From: Lacipirellula sp.
Lineage (GTDB): Bacteria > Planctomycetota > Planctomycetia > Pirellulales > Lacipirellulaceae
Reading direction: 5' to 3'
DNA: 64,000 bases
Assembly: GCF_965279485.1 (NCBI RefSeq)
Contig: NZ_CBDIIC010000001.1
Span: 1,512,016-1,576,015, forward strand
Position 1 is the stretch's first letter, and each line of letters opens with the position of its first letter. A program made the translations under genes and the position numbers. The notes beneath the pieces are model-generated. The model searched no databases and was not told where the DNA came from. It saw only the letters and a program-made list of their open reading frames with translations. This document shows positions 19,692-29,333 of the stretch, in pieces.

Positions 19692-20240
19692 ATGAACGAC
19701 GCATCGCGATTCAAAATCTCGCTGAAACGCTTACTCGCCTTGGTCGCACTCGCCGCGATCATCGGCGCCGCATACGTCGCCGTAGCCCCTCGGTCGCCGC
19801 TCATGCAGGTGTTCAACAGCGCAGCGAATATGGAAGTCGTTCGCACAGCGGCACGGGTTGAAGCGCGTCGCGTTCATTTGCCGGCGGGGGTCGAATATCC
19901 TAATGACGACATATTGCCGACTGACTATGTCGTCGCCGCTGCCTCGACGCAGGTTCCGGAACCGCTCGTACAAATACTCACGGAGCGATTACTAGCAACG
20001 GCGACGTACGAGGTGGATGCGGCCAAGGCGTGCGGACTGCCGGTTTACGGCGTGATGCTGTCGTTCTTTCGAGATGAGGAGCGCGTCGACGTCTACTTTT
20101 GCTTCCACTGCGGCGATCTGGCGGTCGTTCGCGAGGGCGTGGTGCAGGGTCGGGGCGATTTCAGCAAGGCCGACGATGATTTTGTGAGGGCGGCGAAAGA
20201 ATTATTTCCGGACGATGCGGAAATTCAGGCGATTGAGTAG
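19692..20240 (+). CDS. Membrane-anchored hypothetical protein, tandem paralog 2
   Basis: RFKISLKRLL plus TM; shares CG.P.YGV..SF...VDVY..F.C..LAV.R.G...DF...ELFP.D.EIQA with paralog 1. Confidence 0.75.
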   Translation: MNDASRFKISLKRLLALVALAAIIGAAYVAVAPRSPLMQVFNSAANMEVVRTAARVEARRVHLPAGVEYPNDDILPTDYVVAAASTQVPEPLVQILTERLLATATYEVDAAKACGLPVYGVMLSFFRDEERVDVYFCFHCGDLAVVREGVVQGRGDFSKADDDFVRAAKELFPDDAEIQAIE

Positions 20241-20304
20241 CGTGCCCGCGACCGGCGGTCGCGGCTTTTTGAGAGTTGGTGAGCGAGGGAAGCGTTCGTG
20301 GCGG

Positions 20305-21645
20305 TTACTTGGATTCCGCAATGTCGACGGCGACGATTTCTTTGTCGTTGCGGGCGAAGAGGGTGTGGTTGGCGTAGGCGGGGTGGCTCCAGACCACGTT
20401 GCGGCCGAATGCTTCTTCCGTCGGCTCGAGCACGTGGAACCGGCCGAATGATTCGAAGCCTTCGCGCGTGAGGCGGGCGACCATCAGGTCGCCGGTTTCG
20501 GTCATTAGGAAGTAGCGGTCGGTGTCGCCGATGCGGGTGATGAACGCGCTGCCGTGCTTGATGAACCGCTTTTCGTCGGGCTTGGTTGGTTCAAAAGTTT
20601 CCCAGAGTCGCGAACCATCCTCGGCATCGACGGCGAGCAAGGAGCCCTCGTTGCAGTCGGTGCCGTAGATGACGCCGTCGACGATGAGGGGCGTCGTGTT
20701 GGCGCTAAAGAGCGCGACTTTCGGCTTGCCGCGCCAAAGTTCCTTCGCGGCGGGCTCGTCGTCGCTGAGTTCCATCATTACCGAGGCGCTCTGAATGCCG
20801 CTCGCGTAGAGGCGATTGCCTTCGCGCATCGGACGGGCGATCGACATTTCGAAGAGCGGCGTGACGGGAATCGTCCAGTACTCCTTGCCATCCGCAGGAT
20901 TGAAGCTCGTGACGCCTGAGGGATTAAAGACAATGAGTTGTCGCGTGCCGGCGGCCTCGATAATCGACGGCGGGCAGTAGCCGGCCGGGCCGTCGAGGGC
21001 TTTCCATTTCACTTCGCCGGTGTGACGGTCGAACGCGACGAGGCATTGGCCATCGCCGCCGACCATCGTGTAGAGGAGGTCGCCATCGACGAGCGGGTGG
21101 GCGGAGAAGCCCCACATGGGGACGTCGGCGTTGAAGTCGTTCTTCAAACTATGTTCCCAAACGACTTCTCCGGTGGCGGCGTTGAGGCACTTAAGATCGC
21201 CCTCGCTGCCGAGGATGTAGACCATGTCGCCGACGACAGTGGGCGTGCAGCGAGGGCCGGCGGGGTACGAGATGCTGTAGGGGCAATCGTACGAATGCTG
21301 CCAAAGTTGCTCGCCCGTTTTCTCGTCGAAGGCGGTGAGCCGTTCACGACCGGTGAGGTTCGCGCGCTTGCCCGGCTCGTTGACCGACTCGCCTGATTCC
21401 TTGGCGTAGTCGAAGACGAACACTCGGCCGCCGGCAACGGCGGGGCCCGCGTAACCGCCGGCGATCGGCTGACGCCAACGGACTTTGAGGCCGTCGGCGG
21501 GAATAGCGTCGATGACGCCCGACTCGCGGTAGACGCCGTCGCGATTGGCGCCCATCCAGCCGGGCCATTCGTCGGCGCCGGCCGAGCCGAGGGTGCACGC
21601 TGCGATGAATGACGCCGCCCACAACGCACGATGATCGATTGACAC
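20305..21645 (-). CDS. PQQ-binding-like beta-propeller protein (BamB-like family)
   Basis: DEWPGWMGANRDG, W...I.GGYAGP, GPRCTP, WSHPAYAN..LFARND motifs. Confidence 0.85.
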   Translation of the reverse strand: MSIDHRALWAASFIAACTLGSAGADEWPGWMGANRDGVYRESGVIDAIPADGLKVRWRQPIAGGYAGPAVAGGRVFVFDYAKESGESVNEPGKRANLTGRERLTAFDEKTGEQLWQHSYDCPYSISYPAGPRCTPTVVGDMVYILGSEGDLKCLNAATGEVVWEHSLKNDFNADVPMWGFSAHPLVDGDLLYTMVGGDGQCLVAFDRHTGEVKWKALDGPAGYCPPSIIEAAGTRQLIVFNPSGVTSFNPADGKEYWTIPVTPLFEMSIARPMREGNRLYASGIQSASVMMELSDDEPAAKELWRGKPKVALFSANTTPLIVDGVIYGTDCNEGSLLAVDAEDGSRLWETFEPTKPDEKRFIKHGSAFITRIGDTDRYFLMTETGDLMVARLTREGFESFGRFHVLEPTEEAFGRNVVWSHPAYANHTLFARNDKEIVAVDIAESK

Positions 21646-22006
21646 GACGGCTGGCTCCTGGCGAGAACGGCAGCGAGGCGTGCGGCGGGGGCCGACGCTG
21701 CTGGCCGATTGGCTTGAAGGCCGAATTATAGAGGGTGTCCAGCGGCGGGGGCGAGATAAAGGCTAGTGGATAGCCGTTGGTGGTCGGCGGTTCCTCGCTG
21801 GGCGGCCGCGACACTCGGCCGCGAGTAATTCCCATTCCGCCGCGGAAAACCGGCCGCGTGTCGGGGTCGCGCTAGCGACGAGAGGCGATTGAGCAAAGGC
21901 TGCGTTGCCTCTGGTTGTCTGCGACAACACCGACACGCCGGAGTATCGGTGCTACCCGGGGGCTTTGGCGGAGAAGTTGACGGGTTGCGCGGGGGTGGCC
22001 GCGTTA

Positions 22007-22031
22007 CCCCCGGTTTGAAGAACCGGGGGCT
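22007..22031. repeat. Short palindromic repeat, copy 2
   Basis: Identical to 15950-15974. Confidence 0.8.
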
Positions 22032-22069
22032 AATATGGATGCGCGCGAATTCATCGCTCTGCGGAGCGG

Positions 22070-25000
22070 TTATGCTCGGCGCGGTTCTAGGTGATCGCCG
22101 CGGCGGCGGTAGTTAGGGATCGTGTGGTGGCGGCGCGAGGCGCGTTCGGCGCGGCGGTTGAGGGCGTCGTCGGCGCTGACGATGTACGCCAGGGCGCCCT
22201 CCCCTTCGTGCGTCTCTTCGCGGTAGTCGCTGGCCGGGAGGTCGAACGAGTATTCGTGGAACTCCGACGGGGCTTCCGCGGCGACGGCCACGGGAGCGGC
22301 GAGGGCGACGGCAGCGGGGGCGTGGCGTTCTTCGACGATGCGTTCGATGAAGGGGTAGTCGTAGAGGTCGAGCGCGGGGACGGGGATGGGTTCGGGGGCG
22401 GGGAGCGCGACCACCGGTCGCGGCTTTTTGGGTTTGGGTTTTTTGGTTGGTTTGGGGGGGGCGATAATGGGTTCTTCGAGGACCACCGGTTCGGGTTCGG
22501 CGATGAGGACTGGCGGGGCGACCGGTTCGGGCTGGCCGCGGCGGACGGGGATGCGTCGGCAGTCGCCGTCGAGCTTGCGGAACATTTCCCACATGTGCTC
22601 GTGGCAGGTGAACATCAGCAATTGATGGCCGGCGGCGGCGAATTCGCTAAGGACCTCGGCGGCGCGGCGGGTCCGTTCGATGTCGAAATTGACTAGCACG
22701 TCGTCGAGCACCATCGGCACGTTCACGCCGCGGCGGGCAAAGTTGGCCACCAGCGCCATACGAACGCTGAGGAACAACTGCTCGCGGGTGCCACGGCTCA
22801 GCACGTCGACCGGCAACGCTTCGCCAGCGGCGTTGTCGACGAGCAGGATATCGTTCGACAACGGCGTCCAAATGCGCTTGTACTGGCCGTTGGTGAGCTT
22901 GGCCATGTAACGCGACGCTTCGGCGAGCGTTTCGGGCTGGCGGTGGGCTTCGTAGTCGGCGCGGATCCGTTCGAGGACGCGATTGACCGTCGCGTGACGG
23001 CGCCAATCGGACTTCGCTTCTTCGAGTTGCTTCTCGACGACGCTGAGATCGAGCTGGCGTTCGGCGAGCGAGCGGTCCTTCGCGAGTTCGGTTTGCTCGC
23101 GGGTGTGCGAGCCGCGTTGCTCGGCGAGTTCTTTCAGTTTGTTGCCAGTGAGGTCGAGGTTGCCGGTCGCTTGCTCCCACATTTGGTCGAGCGTGCCGAT
23201 CGAATCGGGGGCGAGGAGGTTGTTGAAGACTTCCTCAGGTTCGTGGCGGCCGATGGCGGCGACGATTTCTCGGGTGACGGCGTCGCGTTGTTGCGTGAGG
23301 AGCGCGTGTTGGTGCTGGTCGGCAGCCATCATGCGGTACTCTTGCTCGTCCTCGCAGCCGCCGGCTTGGAACATGGCGCCGCGGCGGCGCTTGAGGCCGA
23401 CGATCGTTTGCAGATGCTTGCCTTCCTCAGCCTTGAGTTCCTTCGCCTTGACGACGAGGTCTTCGCGGCGTTGGACGTCGCCGAGTTGGCGGCGACGTTC
23501 GGTGAGGAGGTGATCGAGTTGGTCGAGCGGGTTCGCGAATTCGACCTGCTGGTTGCGATCGGCCGGGTTACGATCGGCAGCCGCGTCGGATTTCTCGCGA
23601 TTGACCTCTTGCTTTGGCTTGTTGTCGTTCGAGGCCTTCGGCTTCAGCACGCAGCCAACTTCTTCGGCGAGGTCGCGAATGCGGCGGAGGAGCGTTTCGT
23701 GCTCGCGTTGGCGGGCGGCGGCGTCTTCGCGGCGATGGCGAGCGCGGGCTTCGAGGTCGGCGAGTTGGCCGTAGCGATCGGTGACGCTTAGCAGCAACTG
23801 CGGATCGATTTCGCCCGGCAGGCCGAGGGCGACGATCTTCGCCTTCCAGGTGGCGAACGCAGCTTCGCGTTCGCGCTGAGCTTGCTTGAGTCGGGTTTCG
23901 GCGTTAGCGACTTCGCCGCCGGCTTGCTTGCGCTGAGCTTCGACGGGAAGCACGTTTTCAAGTTCGGCGAGGTGACGCTCAGCGGCTTGCATGCGAAGCA
24001 CGACCGAGCCGTCGGTCATGGGCAGTTCGGCGTCGACTTGTTGCTTTTCGCGTTCGGCGTCGGCAATTTGCTTGCCGACGACTTCCATCTGGCGTTGGCA
24101 GGCGTCGAGCTTTTCAGCTGCGGCATCGTCAGAGAAATACTTGAAGACAAACGAGAACGCGGCTCCGCCAATGCCGAGGGCTCCAATCAACCAGCCATGT
24201 TTGGCGAAGGGCGAAGTGGGGACGAGTAAGTAGAAACCAAGCATCAGGGCGCCGACGATGAACGACGCCAGCAGCCAGCCGAACAGCCACAGCGGCATCA
24301 CCTGATCGTCGAGCAGATCGTGGCTTTGCTGTTCGAGTTCGACTTCATGCTGGCGGGCCATATCGAGCCGCTGCTCGACAGCGAGCCGCTTGCGCAAGCG
24401 GGCGACAAGGTTGCTTGCTTCTTGCAGATCCATCGGCAGGCCGTGCGATTCTCCGCCGACGATGGCCGTTTCGATTTGCGTGCGGAACGAGCGCTCGCTC
24501 TCGCTGAGCATGTCGACGTCGCGCTGCGCCTGATCAAGCCGCTTCTGGGCGAGGCGGAGGGCGTCGATCTGCGGCTGGAGGGCTTCGAAATCGCTTTCGT
24601 TGAGCTCATTGAGCCGCGTGGCGTCTTTGACGCCGAGGGCTTCGGCGAGCCGCTTTTGCTCGGCAGTGAAGCGGGCTTCGTAGCTCTTCGCTTCGCGTTC
24701 GAGTTCGTCTTGTTGCCGCTGGAGCGATTGGAGCCAATCGCGCTGCTCGCCGAGGGCGTCGATCCGCTGGGCGTTGCGGACGAGGAGTTCGTTGATGCCG
24801 AGCCGTTCGGCCTCGTCGCGCAGCTGGTGACGCTGGCCTTGCAGCACGTCGGACTGGCGTTGGTGTTTTTCGACGTCGGCGTTGATTGCGTTGAGGCGTT
24901 CGATCGCATCGGCCGGCAACTTCACGCGGCCGCTGAGGTGGCCGAGTTGTTCGTCGAGCTTTTCTCGCTTCCGCCAGTTCGGCTTGAGGCCGACTGCGAT

Positions 25001-25726
25001 TTCAACCGTGCGGGCGTGGTGCTCGGCTTTGCGAACTTCGGTTTCGACGGCAATGATTTGGTCGTCGAGTTCCTTGATCTTCACCGCCAGCTGCGACCAG
25101 AGGCGATTTTGCTCGCGGAGGCGATCGACCTCGGCGCGAAGCCGTTCGCGCTGCGTCGTGAGGCTGACGATGCGCGACGACTGACCTTCGTCGTTGAGCA
25201 GCGAGTGGCGATTGGCGCGGAGTTCCTGGATGACGTCGAACAGGCTCACCCGGTCGAGGCCGGAGGTGAGGCGGTAGATCCACTCGGCTGCCTTGCTGCC
25301 GCTGAGCATGCCGAGTTCGTGGATTTCGTCGAGGCCGACGGCGAAGATGTTCGTGTAGGTCGGTTCGTCGACGTCGCCGAGCGATTCGCGCAGCAGCCGA
25401 TCGCCGCTGGTGGCGCCGTCGGAGGTGGTGCAGATGACGCGGCCGACGTCGTCGGGTCCGCGGTCGGCGATGCGGGTCGCACGGAAGCGCAGGTCGCCCT
25501 CGACAATGCCGAGCGTGCCGCCAGGCAGACCGCCGTCGAGCGGCGGCAGGTACTTCTTCCGCCGGCTCGTCGACATGCCGTAGAGCACGCTACGGATGAA
25601 CTGCATGACGGTCGTTTTGCCGGCCTCGTTGGGGCCGTAGAACGCCGTGACGCGGCGGGAGAGACCGGTCAGCTTCAGGTTATTCCAAACGCCGAAGCCG
25701 TCGATTTCAAGGTCGGTGATTTTCAT
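22070..25726 (-). CDS. YhaN-like SMC/Rad50-type AAA ATPase
   Basis: MKITDLEIDGFGVW, Walker A GPNEAGKT, long coiled coil, LSRGTREQLFL signature, VLDDVLVNFD Walker B, FTCH; Pro-rich tail. Confidence 0.88.
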   Translation of the reverse strand: MKITDLEIDGFGVWNNLKLTGLSRRVTAFYGPNEAGKTTVMQFIRSVLYGMSTSRRKKYLPPLDGGLPGGTLGIVEGDLRFRATRIADRGPDDVGRVICTTSDGATSGDRLLRESLGDVDEPTYTNIFAVGLDEIHELGMLSGSKAAEWIYRLTSGLDRVSLFDVIQELRANRHSLLNDEGQSSRIVSLTTQRERLRAEVDRLREQNRLWSQLAVKIKELDDQIIAVETEVRKAEHHARTVEIAVGLKPNWRKREKLDEQLGHLSGRVKLPADAIERLNAINADVEKHQRQSDVLQGQRHQLRDEAERLGINELLVRNAQRIDALGEQRDWLQSLQRQQDELEREAKSYEARFTAEQKRLAEALGVKDATRLNELNESDFEALQPQIDALRLAQKRLDQAQRDVDMLSESERSFRTQIETAIVGGESHGLPMDLQEASNLVARLRKRLAVEQRLDMARQHEVELEQQSHDLLDDQVMPLWLFGWLLASFIVGALMLGFYLLVPTSPFAKHGWLIGALGIGGAAFSFVFKYFSDDAAAEKLDACQRQMEVVGKQIADAEREKQQVDAELPMTDGSVVLRMQAAERHLAELENVLPVEAQRKQAGGEVANAETRLKQAQREREAAFATWKAKIVALGLPGEIDPQLLLSVTDRYGQLADLEARARHRREDAAARQREHETLLRRIRDLAEEVGCVLKPKASNDNKPKQEVNREKSDAAADRNPADRNQQVEFANPLDQLDHLLTERRRQLGDVQRREDLVVKAKELKAEEGKHLQTIVGLKRRRGAMFQAGGCEDEQEYRMMAADQHQHALLTQQRDAVTREIVAAIGRHEPEEVFNNLLAPDSIGTLDQMWEQATGNLDLTGNKLKELAEQRGSHTREQTELAKDRSLAERQLDLSVVEKQLEEAKSDWRRHATVNRVLERIRADYEAHRQPETLAEASRYMAKLTNGQYKRIWTPLSNDILLVDNAAGEALPVDVLSRGTREQLFLSVRMALVANFARRGVNVPMVLDDVLVNFDIERTRRAAEVLSEFAAAGHQLLMFTCHEHMWEMFRKLDGDCRRIPVRRGQPEPVAPPVLIAEPEPVVLEEPIIAPPKPTKKPKPKKPRPVVALPAPEPIPVPALDLYDYPFIERIVEERHAPAAVALAAPVAVAAEAPSEFHEYSFDLPASDYREETHEGEGALAYIVSADDALNRRAERASRRHHTIPNYRRRGDHLEPRRA

Positions 25727-25855
25727 GGTTCGCGATCCGTGCTGGCCATTGTGCCGCGGCATCGTGCCGAGGCATTCGCGGAACAAATTCCGCGGCTATA
25801 TTTGTTGGTCGGGATTGAACGTCAATCCGTTGGTTCGATCCTGGCGTGTGTTTCG

Positions 25856-27085
25856 TTACTCTTCAGCGTCGTCGAGGCTCATTAGGTCCATGCCGAGCTT
25901 CGACGCGGCAACGAGTAGTTCGCTGCGGTCGGCGCTCGAGACGCGGGCTAGCTCAGCGAGCGGGCTCCCCTTGAGACTCGCAGGGAAGAACTCTTCGAGG
26001 TCGAGCGGAATCGTGTCGTCTTCTTCAAGCTCGCGAAGTTGCCGCAGCACGTCGCCGCGGATGGTTTCTTCGTCGTACCATTCGCCGGGCACGCAGAGCG
26101 GCTCGTCGCATTCGATGGCGACGCTCCACACGGTGGGCGACTTTTGGCCGTACATGTGGCGGAGCTGGCCGATCAGTTCATCGCTGAGCCCGCCGGGACG
26201 GAGTTCGTTGAGCAACTCGCCGCTGCCGGTGATTCGCCAAGTCACGAGCAAGTCGCGATCGGGATGCTTCGCCTTGAGGTTGTTGACGCGGACGTCGATT
26301 TGCGGAAGCAGCGTCGTCACTTCGGCGCCGGCGGTGAGCTCGACCGTCTCTGTGATCCAGCGGACGACGTCGACGGCGACAAAGTTGGTTTTCACGTGGC
26401 CCGATTCGTCGACCGAGACGACCGTGCACCCGAAGGCGCCCGTTTCGTCAGGCGTGCGGCCTTGCGGCGTGCCGGCGTAGTGGGCGATGCCGGGAGATTG
26501 GTCGACCGTTTGGCGACGATGTTGACCGCCAAGAGCCATGTAGTGGACGCGGTCGCCTTCGCTGCCGGGCGCGGCGGCGGTGCCGTGCGCGACGCCGATC
26601 GTGAACAGGCCCTTCGCATCGCGATGGAAGCCGCTGTCGTCGACCGGCTGGCCGGGGTTGCGGCTGATGCCCTGGATGCGGGCGATCGTTTGGTCGCGAC
26701 GTTTGTGCTCGAAGTTCCCAACGCGTCCCGAGGGGAAGCGATGAACGTTTGCGGGAAGCGTGGCGGTCGGCGGCCAGGCATCGACAGGATCGTTCTGCCC
26801 GCCGGCCCAGTAGACGGCGATGTTGTGATCGGCAAGCCGACGAAATTGTTCGAGGAGAAACACAATGGCCCGCGGTCCGGCCTTATCGAGGTGGACGACG
26901 TCGCCGGAGAGGAGGAGCGCGTCGGCCCCTTCGGTGAGCGCGGTCTCGAAGATTTGTTCCGCCGCGAGGTACGGAGCTTCGAGGAAAGCTTCGCGCAGGT
27001 GATCGGGAATTTCGGACACGCCGGTCAACGGGCGTTCCAAATGAAGATCGCCGGCATGGACGAAACGAAGCGGGGGCTGCGACAT
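25856..27085 (-). CDS. YhaO/SbcD-like metallophosphoesterase (DNA repair exonuclease)
   Basis: FVHAGDLHL, LLSGD, GVAHG, YMALGGQH, YAGTPQGR..DE.G; adjacent to YhaN-like ATPase. Confidence 0.88.
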   Translation of the reverse strand: MSQPPLRFVHAGDLHLERPLTGVSEIPDHLREAFLEAPYLAAEQIFETALTEGADALLLSGDVVHLDKAGPRAIVFLLEQFRRLADHNIAVYWAGGQNDPVDAWPPTATLPANVHRFPSGRVGNFEHKRRDQTIARIQGISRNPGQPVDDSGFHRDAKGLFTIGVAHGTAAAPGSEGDRVHYMALGGQHRRQTVDQSPGIAHYAGTPQGRTPDETGAFGCTVVSVDESGHVKTNFVAVDVVRWITETVELTAGAEVTTLLPQIDVRVNNLKAKHPDRDLLVTWRITGSGELLNELRPGGLSDELIGQLRHMYGQKSPTVWSVAIECDEPLCVPGEWYDEETIRGDVLRQLRELEEDDTIPLDLEEFFPASLKGSPLAELARVSSADRSELLVAASKLGMDLMSLDDAEE

Positions 27086-27240
27086 TCGACGCCTCCTTGC
27101 GTACGAAAGTGGGTCGCCGCTGCGCGAGTGGGAGCGCGCAGCGACAGCGATAGCGGGGCGGGTAGTTTAGCCTAAGTTGGCAAAGCGACCAACTTCAGGT
27201 TATGGGAGGTGCTAGCACTGCGCGGAGTAGAGCGCGAGAA

Positions 27241-27315
27241 GGGGTCGGGGGCCTTTTGCCACTGGCGATCGTCAATTCAGCGGAGAGCGTCTAGTGGCAA
27301 AAGGCCCCCGACCCC
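27241..27315. repeat. Perfect 23-bp inverted repeat element
   Basis: ggggtcgggggccttttgccact (27241-27263) / agtggcaaaaggcccccgacccc (27293-27315), immediately after the devA stop. Confidence 0.88.
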
Positions 27316-27324
27316 GTTGATGCG

Positions 27325-28089
27325 TCAGCTCGCATTTTCCGCAATTCGCCCATCTTCCATGTGGATCACGCGGTCGGCGACGTCGAGGACGCGGGTGTCG
27401 TGGGTGACCATCAGCACGGGGCAGCCCTGCTCGCGGGCGAGCGATTGGAGCAGGTCGACCACCGCGCGGCCTGATTTGCCGTCGAGCGCGGCCGTCGGTT
27501 CGTCGGCGAGGATGAGTTGCGGACCGGCGACGAGCGCCCGGGCCACGGCGACGCGCTGCTTCTGCCCGCCGGAGAGTTTTTCGGGCATGTAGTCGAGCCG
27601 GTCGCCGAGGCCGACGAGTTGCAGCATGCGGGTGGCGCGATCGCGGGCTTCGTCGACGGAGACTTCGGGGTGGAGTTCGAAGACGAGTTCCACGTTCTGC
27701 CGCGTCGAGAGGAAGGGCAGCAGATTGTGGGCTTGGAAGATAAAGCCAATCTTGCGACGAACTTCAACGAGTTGCTCGCGGGTGGCTCCGTGCAGTTCGT
27801 GGCCGAGGACGAAGAGTTGGCCTTCTTGCACGTCGCGGAGGCCGGCGATGAGCGTGAGGAGCGTCGTCTTGCCGCTGCCGGAGGGGCCGGTGAGGAGGAC
27901 GACCTCGCCGGGGACGATGTCGACGGCGACGTCGAAGAGGATTTGCTTTTTGAGTTCGCCTTCGCCGAAGGAATGGCAAATGCCGCGGCCGGAGACGACG
28001 GGGGCCCGTAGGGTGGGTGCTTCCGCACCCACCTTGCCCGCATTGGTGCGAGTCGCGGGCATGCCATCCGTTGAATTGGTCGCGGTCAT
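27325..28089 (-). CDS. devA: DevA-type ABC transporter ATP-binding protein
   Basis: GPSGSGKT, LSGGQKQR, ILADEPT, VTHD; HSFGEGELKKQILFD start and GFIFQAHNL typical of DevA. Confidence 0.88.
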   Translation of the reverse strand: MTATNSTDGMPATRTNAGKVGAEAPTLRAPVVSGRGICHSFGEGELKKQILFDVAVDIVPGEVVLLTGPSGSGKTTLLTLIAGLRDVQEGQLFVLGHELHGATREQLVEVRRKIGFIFQAHNLLPFLSTRQNVELVFELHPEVSVDEARDRATRMLQLVGLGDRLDYMPEKLSGGQKQRVAVARALVAGPQLILADEPTAALDGKSGRAVVDLLQSLAREQGCPVLMVTHDTRVLDVADRVIHMEDGRIAENAS

Positions 28090-28155
28090 TTTATTTCAAT
28101 GGTGAAAACGGCTCGCGAATGAAACGGTAAAGGTGGGTGCGAGCACCCACCCTAC
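28008..28155. repeat. GTAG-tagged REP doublet spanning the devC stop and devA start
   Basis: gtagggtgggtgcttccgcacccacc (28008-28033) and inverted aggtgggtgcgagcacccaccctac (28131-28155). Confidence 0.85.
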
Positions 28156-29318
28156 TAAAACACATCAGCAGGTTGCGCCGCGCGGAGGCGGCGGACGGCG
28201 ACGACTCCGGAAATGAGGCACATCACCAGCGTGGTGATAAACACGCCGAGGACGCGTTGCCAGGTCATGTCGAGCGGTAGCGCCGTTGCCGCGCGAGCGA
28301 TTTCGTAAAGTCCCCATGCGAGCAACACGCCGGGCCAGTAACCGAGCCCGGCGAGAATGACGGCCTCTTTCAACACAAGCCGCACGAGGTAACTGTCGGT
28401 AAACCCCATCGCCTTCATCGTGGCGTATTGCGACAGGTGGTTCGACACATCGGTGTAGAGAATCTGGTAGACGATGACGAAGCCGATGCAAAAGCCGACG
28501 ACGGCGCCGAGCGTGAAGACGAAGCCGACCGGCGACGAACGGGCCCAGTAGCCATGTTCGAAGTCGAGAAATTCCTGATGCGTCAGAACGCGCGCTTCAA
28601 CGCCGAGCAGCTTTTGCAGTTCGCCCTGCACCGCTTTCGGGTCGACGCCGGGCTCGACGTGGATAAGGCCCAGGTCGGCCCCGCCGGCGTTGCGTTGCGG
28701 GAACATGCGGAAGAAGTTGAGGTCGCTGGTGAACAGGTTCCCGTCGATGCCAAACGAGTTGCCAGCCTCGGCCAAACCGACGACATGGACGCGGCGGCGA
28801 TTCACTTCAACCTCGACGTTCTCGCCGCGGCGATAGGACTCGGCGACGGGTCCGAAGATCGGCTTGCTCTTCGCGTCGTAGATGACGGCGTCGGTCTGCA
28901 AGATATTGGGCCAGTTCTCCGCGAGGCCCGGCAACTTCAGCGGCGGGTCGCCCGGCTCGAAGCCGTAGACGAAGATCGATTGCTCATTTCGTTTCCAGGG
29001 ATTGTGCCACGGCACCGTGCCGAGGTAGACGGCGCGGACCGACTCGACGCCTGGAACGGCCGGCAAGCGGTAGAGGAGCCGTCGCGGAAACGGCGAGGTG
29101 CGGAACATCGCCTGCGATTGCGGACTGACGACGATGAGGTCGGCGTCGATTTGCCGCGGGACGATCAGAGCGCTCTCGAACGCGGCTTGCATGAAGCCCA
29201 GTTGCATAAGCATCAGCAGCACGGCGACGACGACGCCGGCGACCGCGACGATGAGCTTGACGCGGCCGTAGCTAAGTTGGAGCCAAGCGAGCGGCGCTCG
29301 GGCGGGCACGGTTATCAC
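28155..29318 (-). CDS. devC: DevC-type ABC exporter permease (FtsX/MacB family)
   Basis: PLAWLQL, LMLMQLGF, FGIDGNLFTS, VIVYQILYTDV..HL.QYATMKAMG, PADVF C-terminus. Confidence 0.88.
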   Translation of the reverse strand: MITVPARAPLAWLQLSYGRVKLIVAVAGVVVAVLLMLMQLGFMQAAFESALIVPRQIDADLIVVSPQSQAMFRTSPFPRRLLYRLPAVPGVESVRAVYLGTVPWHNPWKRNEQSIFVYGFEPGDPPLKLPGLAENWPNILQTDAVIYDAKSKPIFGPVAESYRRGENVEVEVNRRRVHVVGLAEAGNSFGIDGNLFTSDLNFFRMFPQRNAGGADLGLIHVEPGVDPKAVQGELQKLLGVEARVLTHQEFLDFEHGYWARSSPVGFVFTLGAVVGFCIGFVIVYQILYTDVSNHLSQYATMKAMGFTDSYLVRLVLKEAVILAGLGYWPGVLLAWGLYEIARAATALPLDMTWQRVLGVFITTLVMCLISGVVAVRRLRAAQPADVF

Positions 29319-29333
29319 TCCTGCAGGGGATTT

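Noticed and set aside
21780-21940. Additional degenerate palindromes (cggccgcg..., gcgtgtcgg/ccgacacgc)
   Set aside because: Arms too short or imperfect to distinguish from chance in high-GC DNA without a genome-wide count.
24320-25885. 521-aa plus-strand ORF (and similar ones at 26039, 11351, 39069, 42957)
   Set aside because: Exact antisense to recognised genes; no motifs.
22070-27085. Wadjet/Lamassu-type defence system
   Set aside because: The two-gene metallophosphoesterase plus AAA layout with host-like GC matches the common yhaO-yhaN pair.
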